From: an uncultured Dehalococcoidales bacterium
GTDB lineage: Bacteria > Chloroflexota > Dehalococcoidia > GIF9 > UBA5629
Assembly (NCBI GenBank): GCA_964548415.1
Contig: CAZJQG010000009.1
Location: forward strand, 2,854 to 66,853
Length of the DNA stretch: 64,000 nucleotides
Direction: 5' to 3'
Shown here in pieces: positions 9,046 through 18,231 of the stretch. A program made the position numbers and the translations under genes. The notes under the pieces are model-generated. The model did no database searches, was not told where the DNA came from, and saw only the letters and a list, made by a program, of their open reading frames with translations. The stretch's first letter is position 1, and the number at the start of each line of letters is the position of its first letter.

Positions 9046-9381
9046 TCAAAGAGACCTTACCGGAGTCCATAGAGTGCCACAATGAGGGCACCGACATTGT
9101 GGACCCTGTTCAGCGCACCAATCAATCAGACCGTGACATCGCCAGCACACAACCTTATGGACAGCGCCAGAGGGCTTAAGTCCCTGTTCTGACTCGGCTT
9201 TGGGTGCCTTTAACCGATCACCTGCTTCTGGTTTAAGCAGATCTGGGTACATTCTTTCTATCCAATCAGTGACTAATAGCCCCAAGATTTCTGACGATGA
9301 ACGCCCCTCTTTCTTGACTGCTTTTTCAAAGGCGGCCTTAATCTGTCGGCTAATTCGAATTTGAACAATCTCATCTGCCAT
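9046..9381 (-). CDS. Ribbon-helix-helix DNA-binding protein with C-terminal zinc ribbon
   Basis: VQIRIS..KAAFEKAVKKEGRSSSEIL (CopG/RHH pattern). CWRC...CPHCG. Confidence 0.65.
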   Translation of the reverse strand: MADEIVQIRISRQIKAAFEKAVKKEGRSSSEILGLLVTDWIERMYPDLLKPEAGDRLKAPKAESEQGLKPSGAVHKVVCWRCHGLIDWCAEQGPQCRCPHCGTLWTPVRSL

Positions 9382-9510
9382 ACTAAAGATTAATCATATT
9401 TGAAATAATTTGTCAAGAACGTGTACAACCGTGGTCGACGAAGCTTCTTTTTCGGACTCGGATATAGCTTAAGAGGTTTTTGTCCTATACACCAAAGCAG
9501 GTCTTGTTTC

Positions 9511-11031
9511 TTACCCAGCGCTACGCTGGCGGTACTGCAGAGCTTCGGCAAGGTGGTTGGCTTTGATGATATCGGCATTGTCCAGGTCGGCGATGGTGCG
9601 GGCTAATTTTAGAACGCGGTGGAAGGAGCGGGCAGTGAGGTGAAGTTGCTTCATAGCGGTACGAAGTAAACTCTGTGCTGCTGGTTCAACCCGGCAGAAT
9701 TCCCTGACCTCTACGGGAGTCATTTCGGCATTGCAGGTTAGCTTGGTCCCTTCGAATCGCTTTTGCTGAATCTGCCTGGCGGCCTCAACGCGACTCCGCA
9801 CTTTATCCGAACCTTCGCCTACGGAATCATCGGTAAGCTTCTCATATTCCACACGAGGTACTTCTATGAAGATGTCGATTCGGTCTAGAAGAGGCCCGCT
9901 GAGACGCTTCTGGTAGCGGGTAATCTCACTGGATGAGCACTTACATTCTTTGACAGGGTCACCGAAATAGCCGCAGGGACAGGGATTCATAGCGGCCACC
10001 AGCATGAAGTTAGCGGGAAAAGTGACGCTGCCCTGAGCGCGGCTGATGGTGACTACCTTGTCTTCCACCGGCTGACGCAAGGATTCCAATGCCATATGGC
10101 TGAACTCGGGGAACTCGTCAAGAAAAAGCACGCCGCGATGGCTTAGGCTGATCTCGCCGGGCCTGGGCCAGTGCCCGCCGCCGACCAGCCCCGCGTGCGA
10201 AATAGTGTAGTGCGGGGAGCGGAACGGACGCTGGTTTATAAGCGGCGTATCCTGGGACAGGAGCCCGCTTACGCTGTAGATTTTGGTCACTTCAAGTGCT
10301 TCTGGCAATGTCATGGCGGGCATAATCGAAGGCAGAGCACGGGCAAGCATGGTCTTGCCTGAGCCGGGAGGACCCTGCATAATTACGTTGTGGCCACCGG
10401 TGGCAGCGACTTCAAGGGCCCGCTTGGCATGTTCCTGCCCTTTGATATGTGCCAGGTCGGCATGGTCGAAATCGCCTTTGATCTGTCTCCAGTACTCATC
10501 GGACTGATAATATGGAATTGATATCTCGCTGCGCAGGTGGCTGACCAGCTGGGCCAGCGAAATGGACGGTATGACCTTGATGCTGTCCAGTAAGGAAGCC
10601 TCCTTTGCGTCCTCAGCAGGGACAAAGACTTCAGGCACGCCTTTTTCCTGCGCGAGGGCTACCATGGGCAGAATGCCCTGGGTGTGACGCAGACTGCCAT
10701 CTAGTGACAACTCACCCAGAAAAAGCGTTTTGGAGACATCGGCATATATCTGGTCGGAGCTGAGTAAAATACCTATAGCAATAGGCAGGTCATAAGCGGG
10801 TCCGGCTTTCTTCAGGTCGGCCGGTGCCAGATTGACCGTAATGCGCCTCATAGGGAAGGCGCAGCCAGAGTTGCGTATAGCGGCGCGGACCCGTTCCCGG
10901 GCCTCCTGGACCGCGGTATCGGGCAGGCCGACGACGGTGAAGGCGGGCAGACCCGGGGAGATATCGACCTCGACCTCGACGATGGCCCCCTCAAGGCCGA
11001 CAACGGCGCAGGACATTACCTTTGCAAGCAT
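9511..11031 (-). CDS. comM: ComM/YifB Mg-chelatase-like AAA+ ATPase
   Basis: VGLPDTAVQEARERV, NLAPADLKK, GPPGSGKT, GVLFLDEFPEF, AAMNPCPCG. Confidence 0.95.
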   Translation of the reverse strand: MLAKVMSCAVVGLEGAIVEVEVDISPGLPAFTVVGLPDTAVQEARERVRAAIRNSGCAFPMRRITVNLAPADLKKAGPAYDLPIAIGILLSSDQIYADVSKTLFLGELSLDGSLRHTQGILPMVALAQEKGVPEVFVPAEDAKEASLLDSIKVIPSISLAQLVSHLRSEISIPYYQSDEYWRQIKGDFDHADLAHIKGQEHAKRALEVAATGGHNVIMQGPPGSGKTMLARALPSIMPAMTLPEALEVTKIYSVSGLLSQDTPLINQRPFRSPHYTISHAGLVGGGHWPRPGEISLSHRGVLFLDEFPEFSHMALESLRQPVEDKVVTISRAQGSVTFPANFMLVAAMNPCPCGYFGDPVKECKCSSSEITRYQKRLSGPLLDRIDIFIEVPRVEYEKLTDDSVGEGSDKVRSRVEAARQIQQKRFEGTKLTCNAEMTPVEVREFCRVEPAAQSLLRTAMKQLHLTARSFHRVLKLARTIADLDNADIIKANHLAEALQYRQRSAG

Positions 11032-11037
11032 ACGTAT

Positions 11038-11100
11038 TAAATCCTAAATTCTAATTTCTCAAATCCTAAACAATATCAAATATTTAAAATCCCAAAATCC
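11038..11100 (+). repeat. A-rich heptamer-periodic dispersed repeat, copy 2
   Basis: TAAATCCTAAATTCTAATTTCTCAAATCCTAAACAATATCAAA. Confidence 0.7.
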
Positions 11101-11130
11101 TTCTCAATCTACCTTTGCGAAAGGGAGAAG
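11095..11130 (+). repeat. Short palindromic repeat (CCTTT..AAAGGGAGA type)
   Basis: AAATCCTTCTCAATCTACCTTTGCGAAAGGGAGA closely matches the reverse complement of 63025-63062. Confidence 0.6.
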
Positions 11131-11190
11131 CCCTAGCTGACTATGTTTTGTTCGTAGCACTGAGCAGATTATAACAGATAAGCGTGATAG

Positions 11191-11964
11191 CTATTTAGAT
11201 TTTAGTATCAGCGGACGTTGGCCTGCCGCATACTGGCGTAATTTCCCGGCTACCTCCGGCGATGATAAACTGCTGTGCTCGGAACTAGTCTCTAATTTCA
11301 GGCCTTTTTTCAGAGAAAGAGACAGTCCTTGAATAGCTGCCTGCCTGTCATTCGACAGCGATATTTGAGGATAGTTGGAAATGATCTCTGCCAGCTCTAA
11401 TGACCGTGACAGTGCCCGCCCACGCGGCACCACTTCCTGTACCAAACCCATAAGCAAAGCTCTTTCAGCATCAAAGGAGATTCCGGTCTCCATAAGATAT
11501 AGCGCGTTGCTCAAACCGATAATTTTAGGCAAGCGCTGCGTGCCACCGTCAATGAGGGGAATACCCCAGCGGCGGCCGGGATGGCCGAAGGTGGCGTTTC
11601 TGGAGGCAATGCGGAAATCGCACCAGCAGGCCAGCTCGAGGCCACCGGCTAGACAGTAACCGTTGACCGCAGCTATGGTTGGTTTTCGTACATCGGTTAT
11701 CCGGCTGATGCCCATGGGACCGGTCTTATCGGCACCTGGGCGTTCAATCAGGCTTTTTGTGTTTTTCAAATCTGCACCCGAGCAAAAGGAGATATTTCCG
11801 GAGCCAGTAAGTATCAGGACGTAAAAGTCGGGGTCGCGGTTGAATTCCTGCACGGCTTCGAGCAGCAGTTGCGCCGTTTCGCCATCGACGCAGTTGCGGA
11901 CTTCCGGGCGGTTTATGGTTACTAGAAAAGACCTGCCGATGCGTTCGGTTTTGACTTTGGCCAT
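11191..11964 (-). CDS. Enoyl-CoA hydratase/isomerase (crotonase) family
   Basis: INRPEVRN, FCSGADL, IAAVNGYCLAGGLELA, DGGTQRLP. Confidence 0.92.
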   Translation of the reverse strand: MAKVKTERIGRSFLVTINRPEVRNCVDGETAQLLLEAVQEFNRDPDFYVLILTGSGNISFCSGADLKNTKSLIERPGADKTGPMGISRITDVRKPTIAAVNGYCLAGGLELACWCDFRIASRNATFGHPGRRWGIPLIDGGTQRLPKIIGLSNALYLMETGISFDAERALLMGLVQEVVPRGRALSRSLELAEIISNYPQISLSNDRQAAIQGLSLSLKKGLKLETSSEHSSLSSPEVAGKLRQYAAGQRPLILKSK

Positions 11965-11977
11965 TTTTATTGCCGCT

Positions 11978-12895
11978 TTATTTTTTCACCCGGGCGAGCG
12001 CTTTAGCCAGTCCCGGGACGGTGTTAAATTTCTTGAGCTCCGAGGGCTTAATCCACCTGGCTTCGGTGTGTTCCCAGTCGATTTTTACTTTTTCGGGGGC
12101 TTTAACATGAAACAGGAAAGGGTGCACTATCCATTTGCGGTTGAGGTCTTTGTCGATTACTTCCAGGGGATTGCCCTTTTTTAACAGTTTTAAGTCCTTC
12201 TGGTATAGCTCTGTCTCCTCGGCGATTTCAGTGTAAGCCTGGTCGATGTCGTTTGTCTCGAGGTAGCCGCTAACGCCAGCCCAGCTCCGGCGGTAAGTGC
12301 CAACCTTGTTGCTGCGCCGCAGAATAAGTATCTTGCCGCCATGCTCTAAAAAACTGGTAACAACGTGTTTGGTCTCCATGGTGGTATCAGTTTTTTCTTC
12401 AAGCCTCTTTTCCAGGTAATCGATCAATAGGGTTAGCGTAGCTTCTACGGCTTTCTGCTTGTTTTCCTCGCGATTGTCGTGGAAACGGTGTTCTTTAGCC
12501 AGAGTGCTGTCTTTGGTCGATATGCCCACAAAAAACAATCCTACAGGCTTTCCCGGCGTGGCACCGGTGGGCCCGGCGATCCCGGTATCAGAAATACAGA
12601 TGTCTACTTTGAGCAGCTTCCTGCCGCCCTTGGCCATTTCCATGGCGGTCTGCCGGCTAACTGCGCCGTGCTTTCTAAGAGTCGTCTTCCTAACGCCGAC
12701 CAGGTCAGTTTTTACTTCGTTACTGTAGGAGACTATAGAGCCTTTGAAATAATCTGAGCTGCCGGGCACGTTGGTAATCTTGTCGCTGATTCTGCCGCCG
12801 GTGGCCGATTCTACAGTGCCTATGGTGAGCAGCTTGCCAGTACCGGCTTGATATTTTCTGAGAAGCCGGGCGATTTCATCCTGTAGGGTAGCCAT
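11978..12895 (-). CDS. pncC: NMN deamidase (CinA C-terminal/PncC) fused to a NUDIX hydrolase
   Basis: N-terminal half ESATGG, PGSSDYF, YSNEVK, TGIAGP. C-terminal half LILRRS..WAGVSGYLE...EIAEET (NUDIX-like box). Confidence 0.85.
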   Translation of the reverse strand: MATLQDEIARLLRKYQAGTGKLLTIGTVESATGGRISDKITNVPGSSDYFKGSIVSYSNEVKTDLVGVRKTTLRKHGAVSRQTAMEMAKGGRKLLKVDICISDTGIAGPTGATPGKPVGLFFVGISTKDSTLAKEHRFHDNREENKQKAVEATLTLLIDYLEKRLEEKTDTTMETKHVVTSFLEHGGKILILRRSNKVGTYRRSWAGVSGYLETNDIDQAYTEIAEETELYQKDLKLLKKGNPLEVIDKDLNRKWIVHPFLFHVKAPEKVKIDWEHTEARWIKPSELKKFNTVPGLAKALARVKK

Positions 12896-12966
12896 TTTGC
12901 CCAATTCTAACAGAAAGATGTTCGACTGTCATCGATAGAGGGGAATATGTTACCGGGGCTCTCTAA

Positions 12967-13022
12967 TAAATGCTAAATCCTGATTCCTATTGTTTGGAAT
13001 CTAGCATTTTAGAATTTAGTGT
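12967..13022 (-). repeat. A-rich heptamer-periodic dispersed repeat, copy 3 (minus strand)
   Basis: Reverse complement reads ACACTAAATTCTAAAATGCTAGATTCCAAACAAT. Confidence 0.6.
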
Positions 13023-13071
13023 TGGTGGGTTATGGGAAGGTGGGGTGAGGTTCTTGATATAATGAGAGGTT

Positions 13072-13854
13072 GTGGAAGAGCTATCCGATACTATAACTTT
13101 TTTGGGTACCGCGGGGGCCAGGTTTGTGGTGACCAAGCAGTTTCTGGCTTCTGGAGGCGCCTGGCTGAATCTGGGAGGGACACAAATACTTTTAGACCCC
13201 GGGCCCGGCTGCCTGGTGCAAAGCGTAAAACGGAAACTGGACGCTTTAAAACTGAAGGCAATAATCCTATCGCACAAGCATCTGGACCACTCCGGCGATA
13301 TAAATATTATGATAGAGGCCATGACCGAAGGGGGGCGGAGGCAGCGGGGAATACTTTTCGCACCGTCGGATGCTCTCGATAAAGAGGCGGTCATATTCCC
13401 GTATCTGCGAAATTTTCCGCAGAAAATTGAGATACTATCAGCGGGTGGTTCATATTCCGTTGACGGAATTACTTTTGAGACGCCGGTGAGGCATCGCCAT
13501 CCGGTAGAGACCTACGGACTCGTCTTTAAAACACCCAGACACACCTTTTCCTGGATTGCCGATACCAAATATTTTCCTGAACTCACCGGTTACTACAAAG
13601 CTGAATTGCTGGTCATGAATGTGGTATTGGTGGAGCCCCGAGAACCGGTCGACCATTTATCGCTTGTCGATGCGGCGAAGATAATTACCGAGGTGAAGCC
13701 GAAGGTGGCCATACTGACGCATTTTGGCATGTCGATATGGCGTTCCAGACCCTGGGAGCTGGCCGAAAAGATGAGCCAGGAAACGGGTATCAAGGTGATA
13801 GCGGCACGCGACGGGATGAAATTCGACCTGGCGAAACTAGATGAGGCAGATTAA
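13072..13854 (+). CDS. MBL-fold metallo-hydrolase (RNase Z/PhnP-like)
   Basis: FLGTAG, LDPGPG, SHKHLDH (HxHxDH), ADT, ILTHFG. Confidence 0.9.
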   Translation: MEELSDTITFLGTAGARFVVTKQFLASGGAWLNLGGTQILLDPGPGCLVQSVKRKLDALKLKAIILSHKHLDHSGDINIMIEAMTEGGRRQRGILFAPSDALDKEAVIFPYLRNFPQKIEILSAGGSYSVDGITFETPVRHRHPVETYGLVFKTPRHTFSWIADTKYFPELTGYYKAELLVMNVVLVEPREPVDHLSLVDAAKIITEVKPKVAILTHFGMSIWRSRPWELAEKMSQETGIKVIAARDGMKFDLAKLDEAD

Positions 13855-13906
13855 CTCTATACTATTCTGACGGTCTATGCTAAAGAAAAAAGGTAGGAAG
13901 CTAACT

Positions 13907-13955
13907 CGGGATTCTTTAGTCGTCCCTCGATGGGGGGACTCCCTCAGAATGACAT
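13907..13955. repeat. REP-like palindrome (GTCAT-ended family), half element
   Basis: GATTCTT..GTCCCTC-gat-GGGGGGAC..CTCAGAATGACA. The same ends occur at about 57750-57788. Confidence 0.6.
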
Positions 13956-13957
13956 GA

Positions 13958-14230
13958 TTAGGGCAAAGCCGTCTTTTTCAACCGGGGCAGGGACGCCAGC
14001 AGATTGAACATGACATAAAGCCCAAAGATAAGCAGTATTACGCCTATGAACAGTGCCAGCAACAGAAATTCCAGGAAGAATACAGGCGCCATAAGTACCG
14101 AGGAGACTCCCGAAAATCTGTGGGTTTTAATCGAGTCGCCCCGGCTTCTGAACCAGAGAATGCTCTGGTTAATTAGCTTCGGCGTAGTAACCGGAACTGG
14201 AAGTTTCGACTGGTTGTTTGGCTGATCCAT
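13958..14230 (-). CDS. Small hypothetical membrane protein
   Basis: ATG start and a long hydrophobic C-terminal segment. Fills the gap between two genes. Confidence 0.45.
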   Translation of the reverse strand: MDQPNNQSKLPVPVTTPKLINQSILWFRSRGDSIKTHRFSGVSSVLMAPVFFLEFLLLALFIGVILLIFGLYVMFNLLASLPRLKKTALP

Positions 14231-14268
14231 TAGAATTAATTATAGCTTCGTCACCGCGACTAAGTCCA

Positions 14269-15000
14269 ATGCCTGAGTACTTGATCGGAACCAGCGGCTG
14301 GCACTACGAGGACTGGAAAGGCCTTTTCTATCCACATGACCTGCCCAAATCAAGGTGGCTTGAATTCTACGCCCGGCATTTTCCAACGGTAGAACTGAAT
14401 AACAGTTTCTATCGCCTGCCTTCGGAAAAGGCTTTTACTAACTGGTGGAAATCTGCGCCAAATGGTTTTATCTTTGCTGTTAAGGCAAGCAGGTTCATAA
14501 CCCACGTTAAGAGACTAAAGGAGGTCGAAGAACCGCTTCATAATTTCCTGGAGCGGTCAGATTTGCTGGGAGACAAGGTCGGGCCAGTGCTGTATCAGCT
14601 GCCGCCTAATATGAGGCGCAACGATGACAGGCTGGAATCATTTTTAAGTATTCTACCGGAAGGCCATCGAAATGTCCTGGAGTTTCGCCACGAATCGTGG
14701 TTCGACAATGACGTGTTTAAGATTCTGAAAAGACACAATGCCGGGTGGTGTATCTTTGATATGCCGGAGTTGGCCAGTCCCCTGGTGGCTACTTCGGATT
14801 TTGCTTATGTGCGCTTTCATGGCAGTGACGGACTGTACTCGAGCAGCTATAGCGATAAACAGATTGCCGCTTGGGCGGAAAAGATCGCAGCTCTGAGTAA
14901 AGGTCTGAAAACGGTTTACGTTTATTTCAATAACGACGTGGCCGGGTATGCAATCGACAATGCCAGGACATTGACGAAAATCCTAAATCATAAATTCTAA
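14269..15000 (+). CDS. DUF72-family protein (TIM barrel)
   Basis: IGTSGW, TVELNNSFYRLP, LYQLPP, EFRHESW, YVRFHG, YFNND. Confidence 0.92.
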   Translation: MPEYLIGTSGWHYEDWKGLFYPHDLPKSRWLEFYARHFPTVELNNSFYRLPSEKAFTNWWKSAPNGFIFAVKASRFITHVKRLKEVEEPLHNFLERSDLLGDKVGPVLYQLPPNMRRNDDRLESFLSILPEGHRNVLEFRHESWFDNDVFKILKRHNAGWCIFDMPELASPLVATSDFAYVRFHGSDGLYSSSYSDKQIAAWAEKIAALSKGLKTVYVYFNNDVAGYAIDNARTLTKILNHKF

Positions 15001-15035
15001 ACAATATCGAAAATTCAAATTCCACAAATTGAAAA
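14977..15035 (+). repeat. A-rich heptamer-periodic dispersed repeat, copy 4 (supplies the DUF72 stop codon)
   Basis: AAAATCCTAAATCATAAATTCTAAACAATATCGAAAATTCAAATTCC. Confidence 0.65.
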
Positions 15036-15100
15036 CGGTTAAATAAATTTTTAATTAGAGCGTAGGATTTCGCCTTTGGTTGCAGTGAATGTTGTCTGGG

Positions 15101-16906
15101 TTAGAGGTATTCTCTGATCTTCTGGGCCACTTTAGCTGTTATTCCAGGTATCTGAGTCAGTTCTTCCAGTGACGATTCTTTGATGCTCCTGACCGAGCCG
15201 AACGTTTTTATGAGAGCTTTCTTTCGTTTGGGGCCGATGCCCGGCACACTGTCCAGTACTGAGGATATGCTTGCCTTTTGCCTCAGTGTGTGATGGTAAC
15301 CTATGGCAAACCGGTGAGCTTCATCTCTTATTCTCTGCAGAAGGTGCAGCGCCGCCGAAGTCCGCGGGATATTTAGTGGTTCGGACTTGCTTGGCACAAA
15401 TACTTCCTCGTTCTCTTTAGCCAGTGAGGCAGCGGAGACGGAGTCGGTTCCCATTTCTTTAAGCACTTCAAGCGCAGCATTGAGGTGGCCTTTACCGCCG
15501 TCGATTAGAATCAGGTCGGGCATTGCGGACCAATTGTCGTCTGTGCCCAGTGAGCGCTTGAAGCGCCGCCTCAGTACCTCCTGTATCATGGCGTAATCGT
15601 CGATGCGGGATACCGATTTTATTCTGAAGCGACGGTAGTGCGCTCGTTTGGGCAGGCCCTTGCTGAAAACGGCCATGCCGCCCGCTGCCTGATTGCCTCT
15701 AATGTTGGATATATCGTAACCCTCTATGCGCAGCGGCATGTGAGGTAGACCGAGCCTATCTTTCAGCTCTTCCAGGACCAGTGCTGATTCTATCATTTTC
15801 GATTGTTTAGCCTGGTACATAGTAAGACCCTGACGGGCGTTTTCTTCTACGATGTTCAACAGCTGTTTCTTGAGTCCTCGGAGTGGAACGCGTAACTCCA
15901 CCGAAGCCTTTCTCCGGTTTGCCAGCCATCCACTAATTATCTCGGTCTCGTCGACGGGATACTGAAGAAGAATCAATGGTGGGATTGACGAGGCGGAAGA
16001 ATAGTATTGTTTAATGAAGCTGGTCATTATCTGCCCGGGCTCCTCATCGCGGATGCCATCCAGCAGCGCGTAATCTCGCCCGGTTAGTTTATTGTTTCGT
16101 ATGAAGAAGATTTCGACGTAGGCCAGGTCCTTGGTCTGTGCTAGGGCGATAGCGTCTTCGTCACCCCTGATGGTTACTGCAATTCTCTGACTTTCGATAA
16201 CCTGCTCCACGGAGCGTATCTGGTCGCGCAGCAAAGCTGCCTTTTCGTACTGGAGCTGTTTTGAAGCTTCCCGCATTTTATTTTTCAAATCTTGAACAAC
16301 CACCTCTTGCTTGCCCTCCAGAAACAGTATTACTTCCTTTATTAAATCCTTATACTCTTCCGAGGTGACGGCTCCGATACATGGGGCCACACAGCTCTTG
16401 ATATGATATTCGAGGCACGGCCTAGCGTCTTTTCCCGTTATTGTCCTGCTGCAGGAACGGAAGGGGAAAATTTTGCGTATCAAATTTAGCGTCTGACGCA
16501 GGGAATAGGTGCTAATAAAGGGGCCGAAATACCTATCGCCGTCCTTATGGAATCGCCGGGTAATTCGGACCGTCGGCCATTCGCTCTTTACGTCTATCTT
16601 GAGGTAGGGGAAGGTCTTGTCGTCCTTCAGGCGAACGTTAAAAGCGGGACGATATTTTTTAATGAGGTCGTTTTCCAGTACCAGGGCTTCGTATTCCGTA
16701 TCGGTCACTATCGCATCCAGGTCGTTTATCCGGCTCACCAGGTGCTCTGTCTTAGGTGACAACTGGTTTTTGGTGCTGAAGTAAGACAGGACGCGATTGC
16801 GCAGGTTGGAGGCTTTACCGACATAAATAACCCTTGCTACATCATCTTTAAAAAGGTAAACGCCCGGCCTATCTGGGAGTACTTTTAATTGTTCTTTAAG
16901 CGGCAT
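15101..16906 (-). CDS. uvrC: Excinuclease ABC subunit C
   Basis: GIY-YIG domain (PGVYLF..YVGKA), UVR domain, IEGYDIS, LIDGGKG, RDEAHRFA, HhH (GIGPKR). GAGGAG RBS before ATG 16906. Confidence 0.97.
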   Translation of the reverse strand: MPLKEQLKVLPDRPGVYLFKDDVARVIYVGKASNLRNRVLSYFSTKNQLSPKTEHLVSRINDLDAIVTDTEYEALVLENDLIKKYRPAFNVRLKDDKTFPYLKIDVKSEWPTVRITRRFHKDGDRYFGPFISTYSLRQTLNLIRKIFPFRSCSRTITGKDARPCLEYHIKSCVAPCIGAVTSEEYKDLIKEVILFLEGKQEVVVQDLKNKMREASKQLQYEKAALLRDQIRSVEQVIESQRIAVTIRGDEDAIALAQTKDLAYVEIFFIRNNKLTGRDYALLDGIRDEEPGQIMTSFIKQYYSSASSIPPLILLQYPVDETEIISGWLANRRKASVELRVPLRGLKKQLLNIVEENARQGLTMYQAKQSKMIESALVLEELKDRLGLPHMPLRIEGYDISNIRGNQAAGGMAVFSKGLPKRAHYRRFRIKSVSRIDDYAMIQEVLRRRFKRSLGTDDNWSAMPDLILIDGGKGHLNAALEVLKEMGTDSVSAASLAKENEEVFVPSKSEPLNIPRTSAALHLLQRIRDEAHRFAIGYHHTLRQKASISSVLDSVPGIGPKRKKALIKTFGSVRSIKESSLEELTQIPGITAKVAQKIREYL

Positions 16907-17020
16907 AGTCTCCTCGTGCAGTTTATTGTAGCATTGGACGGGAAAAGTAGACAAAAACTCTTTAAAATCTTATCATATGCGTAGCTTTAACAGGCTCATT
17001 GTGATAGAATAAGCGAGAAC

Positions 17021-17890
17021 ATGGAAGAAGACATAAAGTCCTTCCTGAATTACTTAGTCAGCGAGAAGAAATATTCCAAAAATACCTTGGCGGCTTATAG
17101 AAACGATTTGGGCCAGCTGGCTGACTATGTAAAATCTCAGGATTCGGTTTCAGGTCCCGATTTTTCGGGGTCGAAGTTGAACGCACAAATTTTGTCCGGT
17201 TATCTTCAAAGCCTGAAAGTTAGAAAATACACACCCTCAACAATGGCCCGCAAGATTGCGGCGGCCAAATCGTTTTTAAAATTTATGGTAAACCGTGGCA
17301 GGCTGAGAAGCGATCTCACACCTAACCTGGCTTCTCCGCAGGTGAGCAAGCCATTACCCAGACCACTATCGGTGACCGAGGTCAGGCGTCTTCTTTCCGA
17401 ACCGGCAAAACAGTCAACCGTGGATGCCAAGAGAGATAAAACGATGCTGGAGTTGCTTTACGCTACCGGATTGAGGGCCAGTGAATTAATGGCATTGAAT
17501 GTGCGGGACGTAGACACTAAGAGAAACACTGTGCGATGTATCGGGCAAGGTTCTAAGATCCGGGTTGTCCCCATCGATACGCCGGTATCAAGGTTGGTTA
17601 AAGAATATATCGATGTAGTCCGTCCCGAACTTTTAAATGATGAGAAAGAGATCGCGTTGTTCCTTAACCGACGCGGCGAGCGGCTGACGCGTCAGGGTTT
17701 CTGGCAGATTGTGCAAGGTTACGCGGATAGGGTGGAGCTAAGCGGCAAGGTAACACCTCGCAGTTTGCGACACAGCTTCGCGGCGCATAAGCTGAAGAGT
17801 GGTGCCGATTTGCAGTCGGTTCAGGAACTATTGGGACACGCACATATTTCGACTACCCGTGCTTACACTCAAGTTGAGCTTCGTCCTTGA
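17021..17890 (+). CDS. xerD: XerD-like tyrosine recombinase
   Basis: SAM-like N-terminus (NTLAAYRNDL), LELLYATGLRASEL, LTRQGFW, LRHSFA, QELLGHA..TTRAY. Confidence 0.85.
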   Translation: MEEDIKSFLNYLVSEKKYSKNTLAAYRNDLGQLADYVKSQDSVSGPDFSGSKLNAQILSGYLQSLKVRKYTPSTMARKIAAAKSFLKFMVNRGRLRSDLTPNLASPQVSKPLPRPLSVTEVRRLLSEPAKQSTVDAKRDKTMLELLYATGLRASELMALNVRDVDTKRNTVRCIGQGSKIRVVPIDTPVSRLVKEYIDVVRPELLNDEKEIALFLNRRGERLTRQGFWQIVQGYADRVELSGKVTPRSLRHSFAAHKLKSGADLQSVQELLGHAHISTTRAYTQVELRP

Positions 17891-17938
17891 GTTAGGCCAC
17901 TAGAAAATATATAATTCTGCACTTTCTGGAGTAAAGAT

Positions 17939-18214
17939 ATGGGTAAAAAATCGCGACGTAAAGCCAAACTGCGAGCCGCTGCTCGAATGGCGCAGACAGC
18001 ATCGTTCCAGGCCTCCCCTCAGGCAAGGCCTGAGTCGAGATCTCTGGCTGCTGAAGTAACCCAACCGCGGGCTGTTGTGGCCCCTGTGCAACAGACCGTG
18101 TTGTCGAGTAAGGCAAGCCAGTTTGAGTATGTGGGGCCTGAACTTCGGCTGATAGCTATCATAGCCGGCGCCCTGTTTGTACTTCTGTTTATCTTAGCTT
18201 TCATTCTCAAGTAG
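17939..18214 (+). CDS. Small membrane-anchored hypothetical protein
   Basis: Basic N-terminus MGKKSRRKAK and a C-terminal TM helix. Lies in operon position between xerD and pcm. Confidence 0.7.
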   Translation: MGKKSRRKAKLRAAARMAQTASFQASPQARPESRSLAAEVTQPRAVVAPVQQTVLSSKASQFEYVGPELRLIAIIAGALFVLLFILAFILK

Positions 18215-18231
18215 AACTTAAGGTATAACGC

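Noticed and set aside
12905-12930. Possible LexA box (AGAAAGATGTTCG) upstream of the cinA-like gene
   Set aside because: Only the right half-site matches GAAC-N4-GTTC, and I saw no matching box at uvrC or comM.
17021-17890. Tyrosine recombinase as the integrase of a mobile element
   Set aside because: It has Xer-type length and motifs, housekeeping neighbours, and no att repeats, tRNA or cargo.
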